64,000 nucleotides of DNA from Hemiscyllium ocellatum (taxonomy: Eukaryota), in NCBI RefSeq assembly GCF_020745735.1, contig NC_083402.1:72616004-72680003 (forward strand), written 5' to 3'. Positions 26,017-37,861 of this stretch are shown in pieces (position 1 is the first letter of the stretch; every line of letters begins with the position of its first letter). The notes under the pieces are model-generated. The model was not told where the DNA came from and did no database searches. It saw only the letters and a program-made list of their open reading frames with translations. Both the position numbers and the translations under genes were made by a program.

Positions 26017-26508
26017 TGTTAGGAAGCATTATTAAGGGTAGGTTGTGTTCAGAAACTTTATTGTTAGGTAGTGCTCACGTAAGGTAGTACTAGCAAGTCT
26101 GGAAACTGTTAGCTTCACTAGACAACAGTAAGCCATTATGTTACACTAAGAACAGACTGAAACACTGATGGCATAATGGGGCCACAGGGAGGGTGAACAG
26201 ATAACAGGACATTGAAACCGTGTTAGATTGCACATAGCTCATACTGAGGTAACTGAATCTTATCTCTTCTGGAACCAATACTATTAGAGAATACCGCTTC
26301 TTACCAAATAAGGATGTAGCACTGGGATGTGAGGGGCTAAAAGCTAGACAAAGAGAACAATAGATCAGAACGCGCCTTCTCCAGTGAAGAGTAAATATCT
26401 CACTGCATGTCCTGTGTACGGCTCTCTCATTAAATCAGCTTATATTTTGAATCAGATCCTGTGTCTCTCTCCTTCAAACGAACACGGGACGGTAGCCCCG
26501 TCCTAACA
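26017..26508 (+). mobile_element. Solo LTR (492 bp)
   Basis: Perfect 8-bp inverted termini TGTTAGGA...TCCTAACA, exact 4-bp TSD CTAT (26013-26016 and 26509-26512), ATTAAA near 26430. Confidence 0.88.
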
Positions 26509-26929
26509 CTATTCAGGAAAAATGTGTAAGGATAAAGCTGGTAGGTACAGGCCAGTCATTTTAATTTTTGTGTTCAGAAAGCTTTTCAAAATGATAATCC
26601 AAAATGAAATTATCATCACTCAGAAAAATATCAATTGATTAGATAAATCCAGCTTAGATTTATTAAAGGCAAATAATGTTTTACTAACTTGATGAGTTTG
26701 GTGTTGAGAAACCAAATTTGGTTAATACAGGTAATGTAGGTTGTGTTGTTTATATACACTTCCAATAGGCACTCCATAATTACTGAATCTCACCTCATTA
26801 ATGTTCAATTTTCTAATCTCCTAAACTTTAGAGAGCATCTAGATGTAACAGTTCCTCTCATGAAAATGGTTACCTGACGACTCCAGCTTGCTGTTCTGGG
26901 CCTTCATCTTGGACAGCAGCTTGCAAAAT

Positions 26930-27890
26930 ATAAAACATACAAGTTCGGAAAGGCCAATTGGCCCTTTGAACCAACCATTAAGCTCATGGCTGACTTGATT
27001 TGCATGTCAACTCTACATTTCTGCATATTCCCAATAATCCTTCATCCACACTGCTTTAAAAATATTTAAAGATTCTACTTTCACTGCCTTTTGAGGGAGG
27101 GAATTCCAAAGACTCAGAGAAAAGCAAATGTTTCTTATCTGTGTTTTAAATGGGCAATTCCTTATTTTTGAAAATGACCCCAAATTCTAGATTTTCCGAC
27201 ATGAGACATTTTTCATCATCCACGTGGTCAACTCTCCTTTTTTTAATAATTATATTTTCTAACCCATCTGCTCAGAGATGTTATTGTACATTTCTGGAGC
27301 AGCTGTGACCTGACGGCAGGTCTCTTGGCATGGAGGCAGGCGTGCTACCGCAGTGCCTCAAATTGTTTTTCTTCCATTTTTCATCTATCACTTGTATCGC
27401 TTCCAAATTCCAGAGCATTTAGCCTTTCTTCCTAAGGCAATCTACTCTTTCCAGATATCACACTAGTAAAAGTTATTTGAACTGTTTCCAACACATTAGC
27501 ATCTTTCCATAAGTACAATGATCAGTACTGAACACTATACTCCAAAAACAGTTTAACCAATTTTCTGTATAATTGCATCATAATCACCCTGCTTTCAATT
27601 CCCGTCACCATAAAATAATCATATTAACTTTCCTGATTACTTGCTTGTCTTGCATACTAACTTCAGCTATTCATACACCAGGACATCCAGATCACTGTGA
27701 TTCTTAGACCTCAACATTTTCTCACCATTTAGACAACTTACTCCTTTTCTATTCTTTCTGCCAAAATGGACAATTTCACACTTACCCACATGGCACTCAA
27801 TTTGTCAGATCCTTTCTCAGTCACTTAGCCTGTCTATATGCTTTGGTACAGCCCTTATGTCCTCTTCACAAATCGCTTTTATCCAAATAG
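26930..27890 (-). mobile_element. Old CR1 3' fragment
   Basis: AGGCCAATTGGCCCTTTGAACC tail; CCAAAATGGACAATTTCACACTTACC (reverse of KCEIVHFG). Confidence 0.7.
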
Positions 27891-29539
27891 CTATGTCTCC
27901 AACTCTAAGGGGAGTTGACCTCAGTCAGGCCAATAGGGATTCTCGTCAAGCTAACAATCTCAGTTAGTCAAGAATAGCTTCTGATCTCAGTCTAAGAGGT
28001 TGGACACAGTCTGTCAGTTCCTTGGAGTGTTCAGGGTCGCCTTTCACTATCACCATAATTCAGGGAATGGGCCACTCTCAAACACATGAGAGTGCAACCA
28101 GTCTGGGGTTCAATGTAAGTCAGTCAAGAAACTTCACAGGGATCAGTCAGGGGTCAGGTCACTCATACATCAGAGCAGTCCAACCAGGTTGGTCAGGAGA
28201 TGGGCCACAGTCAGTCCTGGAAATCTTTTTAATGAAAGTCAAAGGGGATTATCAGGGACCACAGTTGTGGTTGGAAAGCTGTGTAAGTTAATAATGAGAG
28301 TTGGAGCCAGAACCCTGGAAATACAGAGGGAACAATAATTGTGTAAGGAAGGCAATTCAGCATATAAAGATGGGGAGTGACAGTGCATGGAGATATGGGT
28401 AAATGGAGGATGGGTTGGTGTGGGGGATGGGGTGGGTAGTCACCAGGAGTCACAATCAGCCCAGCTTTAACAAGGAAACAGGACATGATGGATGGTGTGG
28501 CTAAGCTGTCGAACTGAGGGGGTAAGGTTGGGAGAGGAAGATATAAATTAAAGAGTTGGGTGGGAATATGTCAAAGCTCATGCCTCATGGACCCAACAGG
28601 GAATGCAAGGAAGAATGAATTGTGGAGGAACTTTGATTACCAGGCTGGTCCTAAGACTCACACCGCCAAGTACAACCTGCATGGCTTTACAGAAGCATGT
28701 AACTTGCAAACACACATTAGAAATGGCAAATAGCAGCATCAGAGGAGGTGTTCTTTTCCCCACCTGAGTTCATAGGTTCTACTTATGAGCAACATGAGGC
28801 ACTTCAAGGAGCAATTACATTAACTATGTAGTCCAGCCTGAAGACATCTGTAATCATTGCACCCTGATATGCATGCATGCAGTATCCAACTGTGTACAAT
28901 ACAAATCCTGCTCACCATTGGTCATTACAGATTGATCATAGGCATCTTTGTGAAGCAGAAGTAATCACAGACATATGTCTCAACTACTGGTCATAATTCA
29001 CAGAGACGATCCAAGATCTCATAAATTACACAAGGGCACAGAGCTGATTTCCTCTCATCTTGAACTGTAAGTATTCACCAGGATGCTCTGTTATACAATG
29101 CTGCTTTTCTTGGGTGATGTGACGGGTGAAGGGTAATGGATACAAAGTGTCAATAATCATACAGCACTTACAATCTCCGATGGATTTGCATATCATAGCG
29201 TTTGCTTCATTCATTAGAATAAGGTCCCTGCATCAAAGGCAGCTCATGGCCCTCCATCTCGGAGTCATCCTTGTCCCACCATATGGAGGACTATGCTAAA
29301 CCATCAGTTGTGAGTGATGCAAGTGCTGACTGTTTACATTACTGAGAATCTATTCTGTTTCTGATATTCCCAGCATAGGTTCATTCGAACTGTCACCAAT
29401 GGATCTAACTGCAGCAGGGGTCATTGTCACTGTGGCCATGGTGCAAATACATCAAGACGAACAAATGTTCAAACAAGCCCAGGTTCAGCAGAACTGGCAA
29501 ACAGTTTCCACATGAAGACGTCCCAGCTGAAGCTGCCTT

Positions 29540-30300
29540 CAGAACACAGAGGAGGTACAACAGACCGAAAGTCTATCTCCCTCAATGCCATTTCCTACAG
29601 ATGAGGTGCTATGTCCACACAGACGGATGTAGTTCATTATAACTGAACTATGCCAGCTGCTGGATTTGCAGCATGAAGGAATGGATAGCCATCTTATCTC
29701 GGTGATGGCTGCACTAATTTTTTATGCGTGTGGCTGCTTCCAAGGATCCATGGGGACCTACATGACATCTCACAACCCTCAATTCAATAATGTATCAGGG
29801 TTGTTGGCGATGCAATTAGTAAAATATTACACCGCTTCTTGTTGTTTCCCTATGATGTGCTACAGCCTGGCTAAAATGATATTCTAACACATTGGCTTTC
29901 CCAAGGTACAAGATGCTACTGACTATATACGTATTGTGTTGAGTGTGTCATATAATAGCACAACGGATTTCAACAGAAAGGTTTCCATTCCATGAATGTG
30001 GCAGTCATCTGTGATCATTGGGACCACACTTTAGATGTCTGCACCTTGTACCCTGGGAGCAGTCAAAATGCCTATATGCTGTGGAGACGCCGGTGTTGGA
30101 CTGGCATGTACAAAGTTGTGTCATTTTTAACTTTGCCTATATGCTGGACAACTCTCATGTTCTTGCTTTGTTTCAAAGGTCAGCTGCTTTATTAGGATGT
30201 TTTCTGGGCGTTATGATTAGCCTCTGAAACCATGACTCCATTAACCATGACTCCATTACACAACCTTCTGACTGAGGGCAAGTATAAATGTACTGTTGTT
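29540..30300 (+). pseudogene. PIF/Harbinger transposase relic
   Basis: Frame-shifted motifs ALIFYACGCFQGSMG, GFPKVQDATDY, NRKxFHSMNVAVICDH, CTLYPGSSQNAY(M)LDNS, typical of the Harbinger DDE domain. Confidence 0.8.
30082..30133. mobile_element. 52-bp Penelope-end micro-insertion with inverted segment, 13-bp TSD
   Basis: TSD TGCCTATATGCTG at 30069-30081 and 30134-30146; insert starts TGGAGACGCCGGTGTTGGAC like 20295ff. Confidence 0.8.
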
Positions 30301-30576
30301 CATTCTTCCACTAGGCCATAGTGGAGCAGATGATAGACCTCCTGCAGAGGTTCTGGTTCTTGGATTGGTCAGCAGAGGCCTTGAAACACACGCCGAACAG
30401 AGTATATACATGATCTTCGCATATAGAACCAGTAAAAACAATATTAATACTGGAGCTACATTTTGAAGAATATGAGTATGTCTTATTCACCACTTTTACT
30501 GGCTTTCCTTCTTGGTTGTGTACTGTAGAAATGAAACAAATAAGGAGGGAGTGTGATGAACATGGAAGTGCACGAG

Positions 30577-30815
30577 CATAGAGTCGTGCAGCATGAAACA
30601 GGCCGTTTGGTCCAACCTGTCCATGCCGGCCAGGTTCCCAAACTAAACTAATCTCATTTGCTGTGCTGGGGCCATATCCCTCTAAACCTTACCTGTTCTT
30701 CTACCTGTCCAAATGTATTTTAAATGTTATAACTGTACTTGCATCTAACACTTCCTCTGGCAGTTCATTCCACATACGAACCGCTCTCTGTGTGAAAAGG
30801 TTGCCACGAGGTCCC
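30577..30815 (-). mobile_element. CR1 3' UTR fragment
   Basis: CATAGAGTC..GAAACAGGCC..TTCCTCTGGCAGTTCATTCCA. Confidence 0.8.
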
Positions 30816-30817
30816 TG

Positions 30818-30958
30818 AGTTCTGAAGAAGGGTCACTGAAACTGAAAGTTTAACTATGATTTCTCTTCACAGATGCTGCCAGAGCTATTGAGTCTTTCTT
30901 GCAATTTCTGTTCGTGTTTCTGATTTCCAGCATGTGCAGTTTTTTTCAATTTTTTTTA
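30818..30958 (+). mobile_element. Penelope-type terminal fragment with degenerate hammerhead
   Basis: agtt-CTGAAGA-agggtcactgaaact-GAAA-gttt-aact followed by CACAGATGCTGCCAG..CCAGCATGTGCAGT. Confidence 0.65.
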
Positions 30959-31477
30959 GTGATTAAGTCACTGCCACATTTCTTTTAGGTATGCCCACCT
31001 TGAAGACCCTCTGCTCTTCTCTCTGACAGGAGTTCAGTTCTAATCTTTTATCTTGTCCAGCGTCATTTCACTGTAATTCCTGGTGTTTGATAAGGTAATT
31101 GCTAAAACCCTTTTCCAAAGGACATTAACACTTTTCTTCATTACATGTTCTTCCACACCTTCGACATGGCACTGACAACAATAACTACTGTAGAGCAGGC
31201 TGGCAGCATCTGGAGCTATGGCCTCCTTTGTTAGCCCTAGCCTTCTTCTCTACCACCCCTATCCTCCAGGTCCCTGTTGGCGAATTAAGGTAGAAACCCC
31301 CCTCTCTCAGCCATATCCTTTTGAATTATATACCAGCACACTATCAAGGGCTGTTCCTAGTTAAGGCATAGGAAGTGGCATGCAGTTGTGATTTAAATAT
31401 AGTACCCGTCAGGTGAATGCTGGACGGTCCCAATACTGACCTCTGCTGACAACAGGGTTACATGAGTATGAAGCTTT

Positions 31478-33430
31478 TGAGTTGAAAATGCGTTGCTGGT
31501 TAAAGCACAGCGGGTCAGGCAGCATCCAAGGAATAGGAAATTCGACGTTTCAGGCATAAGCCCTTCATCAGGAATGAGGAGAGGGTGGCAGGCAAGTCAA
31601 GATAAAAGGTAGGGAGGAGGGACTTGGGGGAGGGGCGATGGAGATGTGATAGGTGGAAGGAGGTCAAGGTGATGGTGATAGGCCGGAGTGGGGTGGGGGC
31701 GGAGAGGTTAGGAAGAAGATTGCAGGTTAGGAGGGCGGTGCTGAGTTGAGGGAACCGACTGAGACAAGGTGGGGGGAGGGGAAATGAGGAAACTGGAGAA
31801 ATCCGAGTTCATCCCTTGTGGTTGGAGGGTTCCCAGGCGGAAGATGAGACGTTCTTCCTCCAACCGTCGTGTTGTTATGTTTTGCCGGTGGAGGAGTCCA
31901 AGGACCTGCATGTCCTCGGTGGAGTGGGAGGGAGAGTTAAAGTGTTGAGCCACGGGGTGGTTGGGTTGGTTGGTCCGGGCGTCCCTGAGGTGTTCTCTGA
32001 AGCGTTCCGCAAGTAAGCAGCCCGTCTCCCCAATGTAGAGGAGGCCACATCGGGTGCAGCGGATGCAATAGATGATGTGTGTGGAGGTACAGGTGAACTT
32101 GTGGCGGATATGGAAGGATCCCTTGGAGCCTTGGAGGGAAGTGAGGGAGGAGGTGTGGGCGCAAGTTTTACATTTCCTGCGGTTGCAGGGGAAGGTGCCG
32201 GGAGTGGAGGTTGGGTTGGTGGGGGGGAGGGAGTCACGACGAGGGAGTCACGAAGGGAGTGGTCTTTGCGGAACGCTGATAGGGGTGGGGAGGGAAATAT
32301 ATCCCTGGTGGTGGGGTCCGTTTGGAGGTGGCGGAAATGACGGTGGATGATACGCTGTATACGGAGGTTGGTGGGGTGGTAGGTGAGAACCAGTGGGGTT
32401 CTGTCTTGGTGGCGATTGGAGGGGCGGGGCTCAAGGGTGGAGGAGCGGGAAGTGGAGGAGATGCGGTGGAGGGCATCGTCGACCACGTTTGGGGGGAATC
32501 TGCGGTCCTTGAAGAAGGAGGCCATCTGGGCTGTGCGGTGTTGGAACTGGTCCTCCTGGGAGCAGATGTGGCGGAGACGAAGGAATTGGGAATATGGGAT
32601 GGAGTTTTTACAGGGGGCAGGGTGGGAGGAGGTGTAGTCCAGATAGCTGTGGGAGTCAGTCGGTTTATAGTAGATGTCTGTGTTGAGTCGGTCGCCCGAG
32701 ATAGAAATGGAAAGGTCTAGGAAGGGGAGGGAGGAGTCTGAGACAGTCCAGGTGAATTTGAGGTCGGGATGGAAGGTGTTAGTAAAGTTGATGAACTGTT
32801 CAACCTCCTCGTGGGAGCACGAGGCAGCGCCGATACAGTCATCGATGTAGCGGAGGAAAAGGTGGGGGGTGGTGCCAGTGTAGTTGCGGAAGATGGACTG
32901 TTCCACATATTCTACGAAGAGACAGGCATAGCTGGGGCCCATGCGGGTGCCCATGGCAACTCCTTTAGTTTGGAGGAAGTGGGAGGATTGAAAAGAGAAG
33001 TTATTCAGGGTGAGGACCAGTTCAGTCAGTCGAAGGAGGGTGTCATTGGAAGGGTACTGGTTGGTGCGGCGGGAAAGGAAGAAGCGGAGGGCTTTGAGTC
33101 CTTCGTGATGGGGGATGGAGGTGTACAGGGACTGGATGTCCATCGTGAAAATAGGGCGTTGGGGACCGGGGAAGCGAAAATCCTGGAGGAGGTGGAGGGC
33201 GTGGGTGGTGTCCCGAACGTAGGTGGGGAGTTCTTGGACTAAAGGGGACAGAACCGTGTCGAGGTATGCGGAGATGAGTTCGGTGGGGCAGGAGCAGGCT
33301 GAGACAATGGGTCAGCCGGGGCATTCAGGTTTGTGGATTTTGGGTAGGAGGTAGAAACGGGCGGTGCGGGGTTGTGGGACTATGAGGTTGGAGGCGGTGG
33401 ATGGGAGATCCCCTGAGGTGATGAGGTTAG
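31478..33430 (-). mobile_element. Penelope-like retroelement, 5'-truncated (RT + GIY-YIG), disrupted
   Basis: FYLLPKIHK, MDIQSLYTSIP, KGVAMGTRMGPSYA, RYIDD, FLDL; GIY-YIG IYCIRC..YIGETG and EEERLI; in-frame TGA near 33312 and a frameshift near 32235. Confidence 0.95.
31540..31575 (-). ncRNA. Minimal hammerhead ribozyme motif in the Penelope 3' end
   Basis: attc-CTGATGA-agggc-ttat-gcct-GAAA-cgtc-gaat; perfect stem I ATTC/GAAT, predicted GUC cleavage triplet. Confidence 0.85.
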
Positions 33431-33577
33431 GTCAGCTGCATAACTAATGAAGCTGAGAAGTGGGGAATTGTGTGAAACAAGTTACTAGGGCTCATGGAGG
33501 GAAACCATGAAACTTCCCCAGAATTAACGTAGCCAAATCATGTGAAGCTGCAGCTTGTAGTGTGCAAAAACAAAGAA

Positions 33578-34090
33578 GGTATGTTTTATGAAACTGGTCC
33601 ATCCTCGGTTAGAGTATTGTACCCAATTCTGGACATTGTATTTGAAGCAAAATGTGAAGAATTTATAGATGGTCCAGAAAAGATATATGAGAATGGTTCA
33701 CAAATGAGTGGTTTCTATTAACGTTGAAGTCTCTGGGGTTGTTCTCCTTAGAGAAAAGAAGTTTGAGGGACAATTAATAGAAGAATTCAAAATCATGGTG
33801 TATTAGACAGAAACTGTTCCTAGTGTTGAAAGAGTCAAGAGCCTGAGGACACTGATTTCAAATGATTGATCAAGTAGCACTGATGACTTGGGGGAAGAAA
33901 GCTTTTTATGTGGCAAGTCATTATATTCTGATATGCACTGCTTGAGAACATGATGGGTGCAGATTCAATCAACACTTTCAAAGGGGAGATGGGGAAGCAT
34001 CTGAAGAGAACACATTTGTGAGACTGTGGAAATGGAAGACTTGTAAATATCTAGGATCAACATAGTCGGTCAAGTCAACTCCTTCTGTGC
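33578..34090 (+). mobile_element. Old CR1 3' fragment
   Basis: TTAGAGTATTGTACCCAATTCTGG (LEYCxQFW), GAATTCAAAATCATG, tail CCTTCTGTGCTGTAA. Confidence 0.7.
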
Positions 34091-34938
34091 TGTAATCATT
34101 TTATGATTCCAAAAGAACTTCACTTAATGGCTTTTATTTTTTAACAGGTTAATTAAAGTTTATGAACTATAGCACCCATCTAATTTTCTATGAATTTTTT
34201 AATGAATTATTCACAAGAAAAGATAATGATTTGTTTATATTTTAAAATGTGTCCTTGATTTATTGAAAAATTAATTAAAAATGATGAACAAAAGAAAGTG
34301 AATTATTGTTTATTAAATTTTCAATATAACTTTTCCATATTTTTTGTTAGATGCTTTGAAAATGACCTCCAAATGACAATTTTACAACTTTTCAACATGA
34401 GCTGTATCTGATTCCAGTGTCTATTATTTACTCTTATTTTCAGTTAATAGGTAAAAATTCACAGATATCAAACCCTAGATTCACAACGTACACTGTTAGC
34501 AGGGAGTGAGGTATGAAAATTGAATACCAGATGTCTGCCTCTCTTCCTACAAAACAGTCAAAAATGATTTATACCTTCACACCACTCTGTTTCCTAGCCA
34601 TAGACCTGTCTAATCCTGTGGTCAAATATTTAACCAATCTTCCCTCAGAAAATTGGCGGAAAAGCAAACTATGTTTCAAAAAACTGCCATACAAAGAAGT
34701 TTCTCTTAACCTTTCACCTCATTGTTCACAACAGTACCTTGTGATGTTCTGAAAAAAACATGAGGCTTTAATTTAATGTCTCATCTAAAACACAGCATAT
34801 AGAACAGTGCAACACAAATTAAATTCTACAGAAGAACATCGGCCTTATTTTCTTTGCTCATATCTAGGGACTTGAGTCTGAATCTTCTGATGCAAATTCA
34901 AATGTTACTGAATGGATATGGTTGACATAATTATGGTT

Positions 34939-35059
34939 CGATCCTGATGAAGGACTCTTGCCTTGATTCTCCTGCTCCTCAGATGCCACCTGACCTGCTG
35001 TGCTACTCCAACACCACACTCTCTATCTGATCACCAGCATCTGCAGTCCTCACTTTCTC
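34939..35059 (+). mobile_element. Short Penelope-end insertion beginning at a (deleted) hammerhead
   Basis: atc-CTGATGA-agg.. then the tail ..CAGCATCTGCAGTCCTCACTTTCTC shared with the 3381 and 54057 elements; TSD ATTATGGTT at 34930-34938 and 35063-35071. Confidence 0.8.
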
Positions 35060-35439
35060 ATTATTATGGTTGGTCAGGTTCCCACAATCTCAGGAAATCT
35101 GACTTCTGCAATTAATTGAGAAAGGTCTTAGGGAGCACTCCTTTGTTAAGCAAGGAACAGTGGAAATGTTACCTCCCACAACCCATCCAATGCTGCACAA
35201 GCCCACCATCCACACATCCTTTACATAGCGAGAAGAAGCATCAAGCCCATCAATGCTAGACTCCTATCAGATCAGCAATCATCCTAAACCATGATATAAG
35301 CCACCATGAGGTCAAGGAACAGGCTTCCAGATCAACGCTTTCCTAGTATGGGTCAGAATTTACATTTCCTGAAAGAAAAATAGTTTATATTTGTTTGAGG
35401 TCGATCATCTCATTTGCAGGACATCACTGCATGAGTTTA

Positions 35440-35770
35440 TCATGGTCTGGTCCCAACAATCTTCAGGTGCTCCATTAATGACCTGCCCACTTTCATAATG
35501 ACAAAGGTGAGATGATTGCTGATGAGTTCACAATGTTGAGTACCATTCTGGATTCCTCAGACATTGAAGCAATCTGTGGCCAACTGCAGCAAGACCTGGA
35601 CAACATTTAAACTTGGGCTGATAAATAATAAGTAACATTCGCATCATACAAATGTCAGGCAATGATCACCTCCAAAAAGAATCAAAACCATTGGCCCTTG
35701 ACATTTGATGGCATTACTGTCACTTAGTCCCCATTATGAACATTTTGGAGATCACCATTTACTAGAAACC
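35440..35770 (+). mobile_element. Old CR1/L2-type RT fragment
   Basis: INDLP..ADE..LQQDLDNI..WADK motifs; same family as the element at 44070-49330(-). Confidence 0.65.
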
Positions 35771-36902
35771 TGATCCACTAAAACCAGGTTAAAATCCTGA
35801 ACCTGATCTCACCAGACCTTTCTTTCCAGCTATCTGGCTGCCTTTCAATCAGTTTAACCTTCACGTGGGAACGTCCTGTGGGATGTCACATCAATGATGT
35901 GGAGTTAAAACTCTACAGAATGCAGGAAAGCCCTGTACGCTACCCCTCCAATCCCAAAGATTGGGACATCTGATTTGTTTGAGCATTTAACTTAATCTGC
36001 TTCCCAGACAATATCACAAGGAAGTTGCACTATTTTACTAAACTATAGGATGTTTGATGGCCTGGAGGTTTTAAATTGCACCCAACTTGTGGATCCCTGT
36101 GGCTACTAACAAAATGAGTTGGAAAGAAATTCCAAGTTCGATCCTTGGTTTATTTGTAACCAATGGCACTGGAATATTCAATTAGGTATTCTCTTCTCAG
36201 CCAATATCATGATAGAACTGAACATAGAATTGCTTCACCAGTTGCAGTCATTTAGAAATCACAGTTGTTCGATAATGATTTGCTCCAAAGGCCAGAGGTC
36301 ATCTGTTCTCCCGAGCACAGTGTCCTTGGTAAATCACTATGTACATGTTCATCTTAGGGAAGCTTATAGGCCCACCAACAGACGAGTCACAACTGGAAAT
36401 ACCAAGCTGTTTATTAAACTCATTTTATCTTGCATTCATACCGTTAAGCTTAACTGCTTTCTCCTAAAACACCAGATGAATACTGATATAAAGTGGAGCT
36501 GCACATACACCCATTGAGTAATGATCAAATAGACCATTGACATATTGAAACTTCACTTCCAAAATGTAGACAGTTTGCAATTACCCTAGGTTTTAAGAAT
36601 TATGGCAATGTTGAATTACCCACAAACTGGCATTATCCCCAGAGGTGGTAAGTATAGTGAACAGCAAGAAGAGATGGAAGAGCCTGAAGGTATCTGACAG
36701 ATGAATTCATGCTACCCATGAGAACAATGTTACAATCTCCCATAACAGAAACTTTCTTTTAACTCTGAAATATAATAAATCAATGTATCTTAGCAGTCAT
36801 TTTTACATTTTTATGGTACCTTCCACAAATATGTCTTCATCTACAATATCTTAAATCTTGAAGGTGTTTAAAATATTCCATTCCTGTCACCTGATGGAAC
36901 TT

Positions 36903-37272
36903 AGAGTCATAGTGTCATAGAGATGTACTGTATGGAAATGGACATTTCGGTCCAACCCACCCATGCCAACCAGATATCTCAACCCAATCTAGCCCCACCT
37001 GCCAGGACTCTGTCCATATCCTTCCTATTCATAAACCCATCTAAATGCCTTTTAAATGTTGCAATTGTACCAGCCTCCACTACTTCCTCTGGCAGCTCAT
37101 TCCATACACATTTTTCTGTGTGAAAAAGTAGCCCCTTCGGTCTCTTTTATATCTTTCTCTCCCCCTGCTAAACCTATGCCCTCTAGTTCTGGACTTGCCC
37201 ACCCCAGGGAAAAGACTTTGTCTATTTATCCTATCCATGCCCCTCATGATTTTTTTAAAACTTCTATAAGGT
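36903..37272 (-). mobile_element. CR1 3' fragment
   Basis: (AGAGTCAT)n tail and reverse CR1 3' UTR. Confidence 0.85.
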
Positions 37273-37861
37273 CTATAACCTTGTACTGTTTCATTCTATG
37301 ATTTTGTTATTTTAAAAAAGTGCTTTTAATTCAGTCTTGCAGCAAAGTGTTGAAAAACTCTAATTCTGGCACCAACTGGGACTCTGATATGACTCTTATT
37401 CAGAACTGAAGAGTGGTAGAAATATTAATTGGCAGAAGAAGCAAAAGGTTTTCATGTGCATCAAGTAGTTAGGGGTCTGGAATGCACTGCTTCCAAGTGT
37501 AATGCAGACAGGTTCATTTGACACTTTCAAAAATGAATTAGACTGTTCTTTGAAAAGGAAAAGGACAGTTACAGAACTTCCATATTGTTGCAAAAAGGCT
37601 TTCTGCACAGAGCCCCAGTATCAAATCACCATGTACCTAATGTATTTAGTGCAAAGACGCTTTTTACTGCTAGTGATGTATGATGTAAATGCTCTTGAAA
37701 CTAGGCTTATGCTTTATCTAGATGCTACCTGAGTGACAGTAATCTGAGAAGTGACTGATTAGTGTATGGCATTGAAGTAGAACTGTATCTCCTGGCTGCC
37801 AAGTCCTGAAATAAACCAGCTGCAAGGTCCATCACTTACATTACTGTTAGCAATGTATTTC

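Noticed and set aside
31875-33143. 422-aa RT ORF as an active or domesticated gene
   Set aside because: 5'-truncated, with an upstream in-frame stop and a frameshift near 32235 that separates RT from GIY-YIG
36119-36517. 132-aa ORF in unassigned sequence
   Set aside because: Non-ATG start, no recognisable motifs and no clear splice signals
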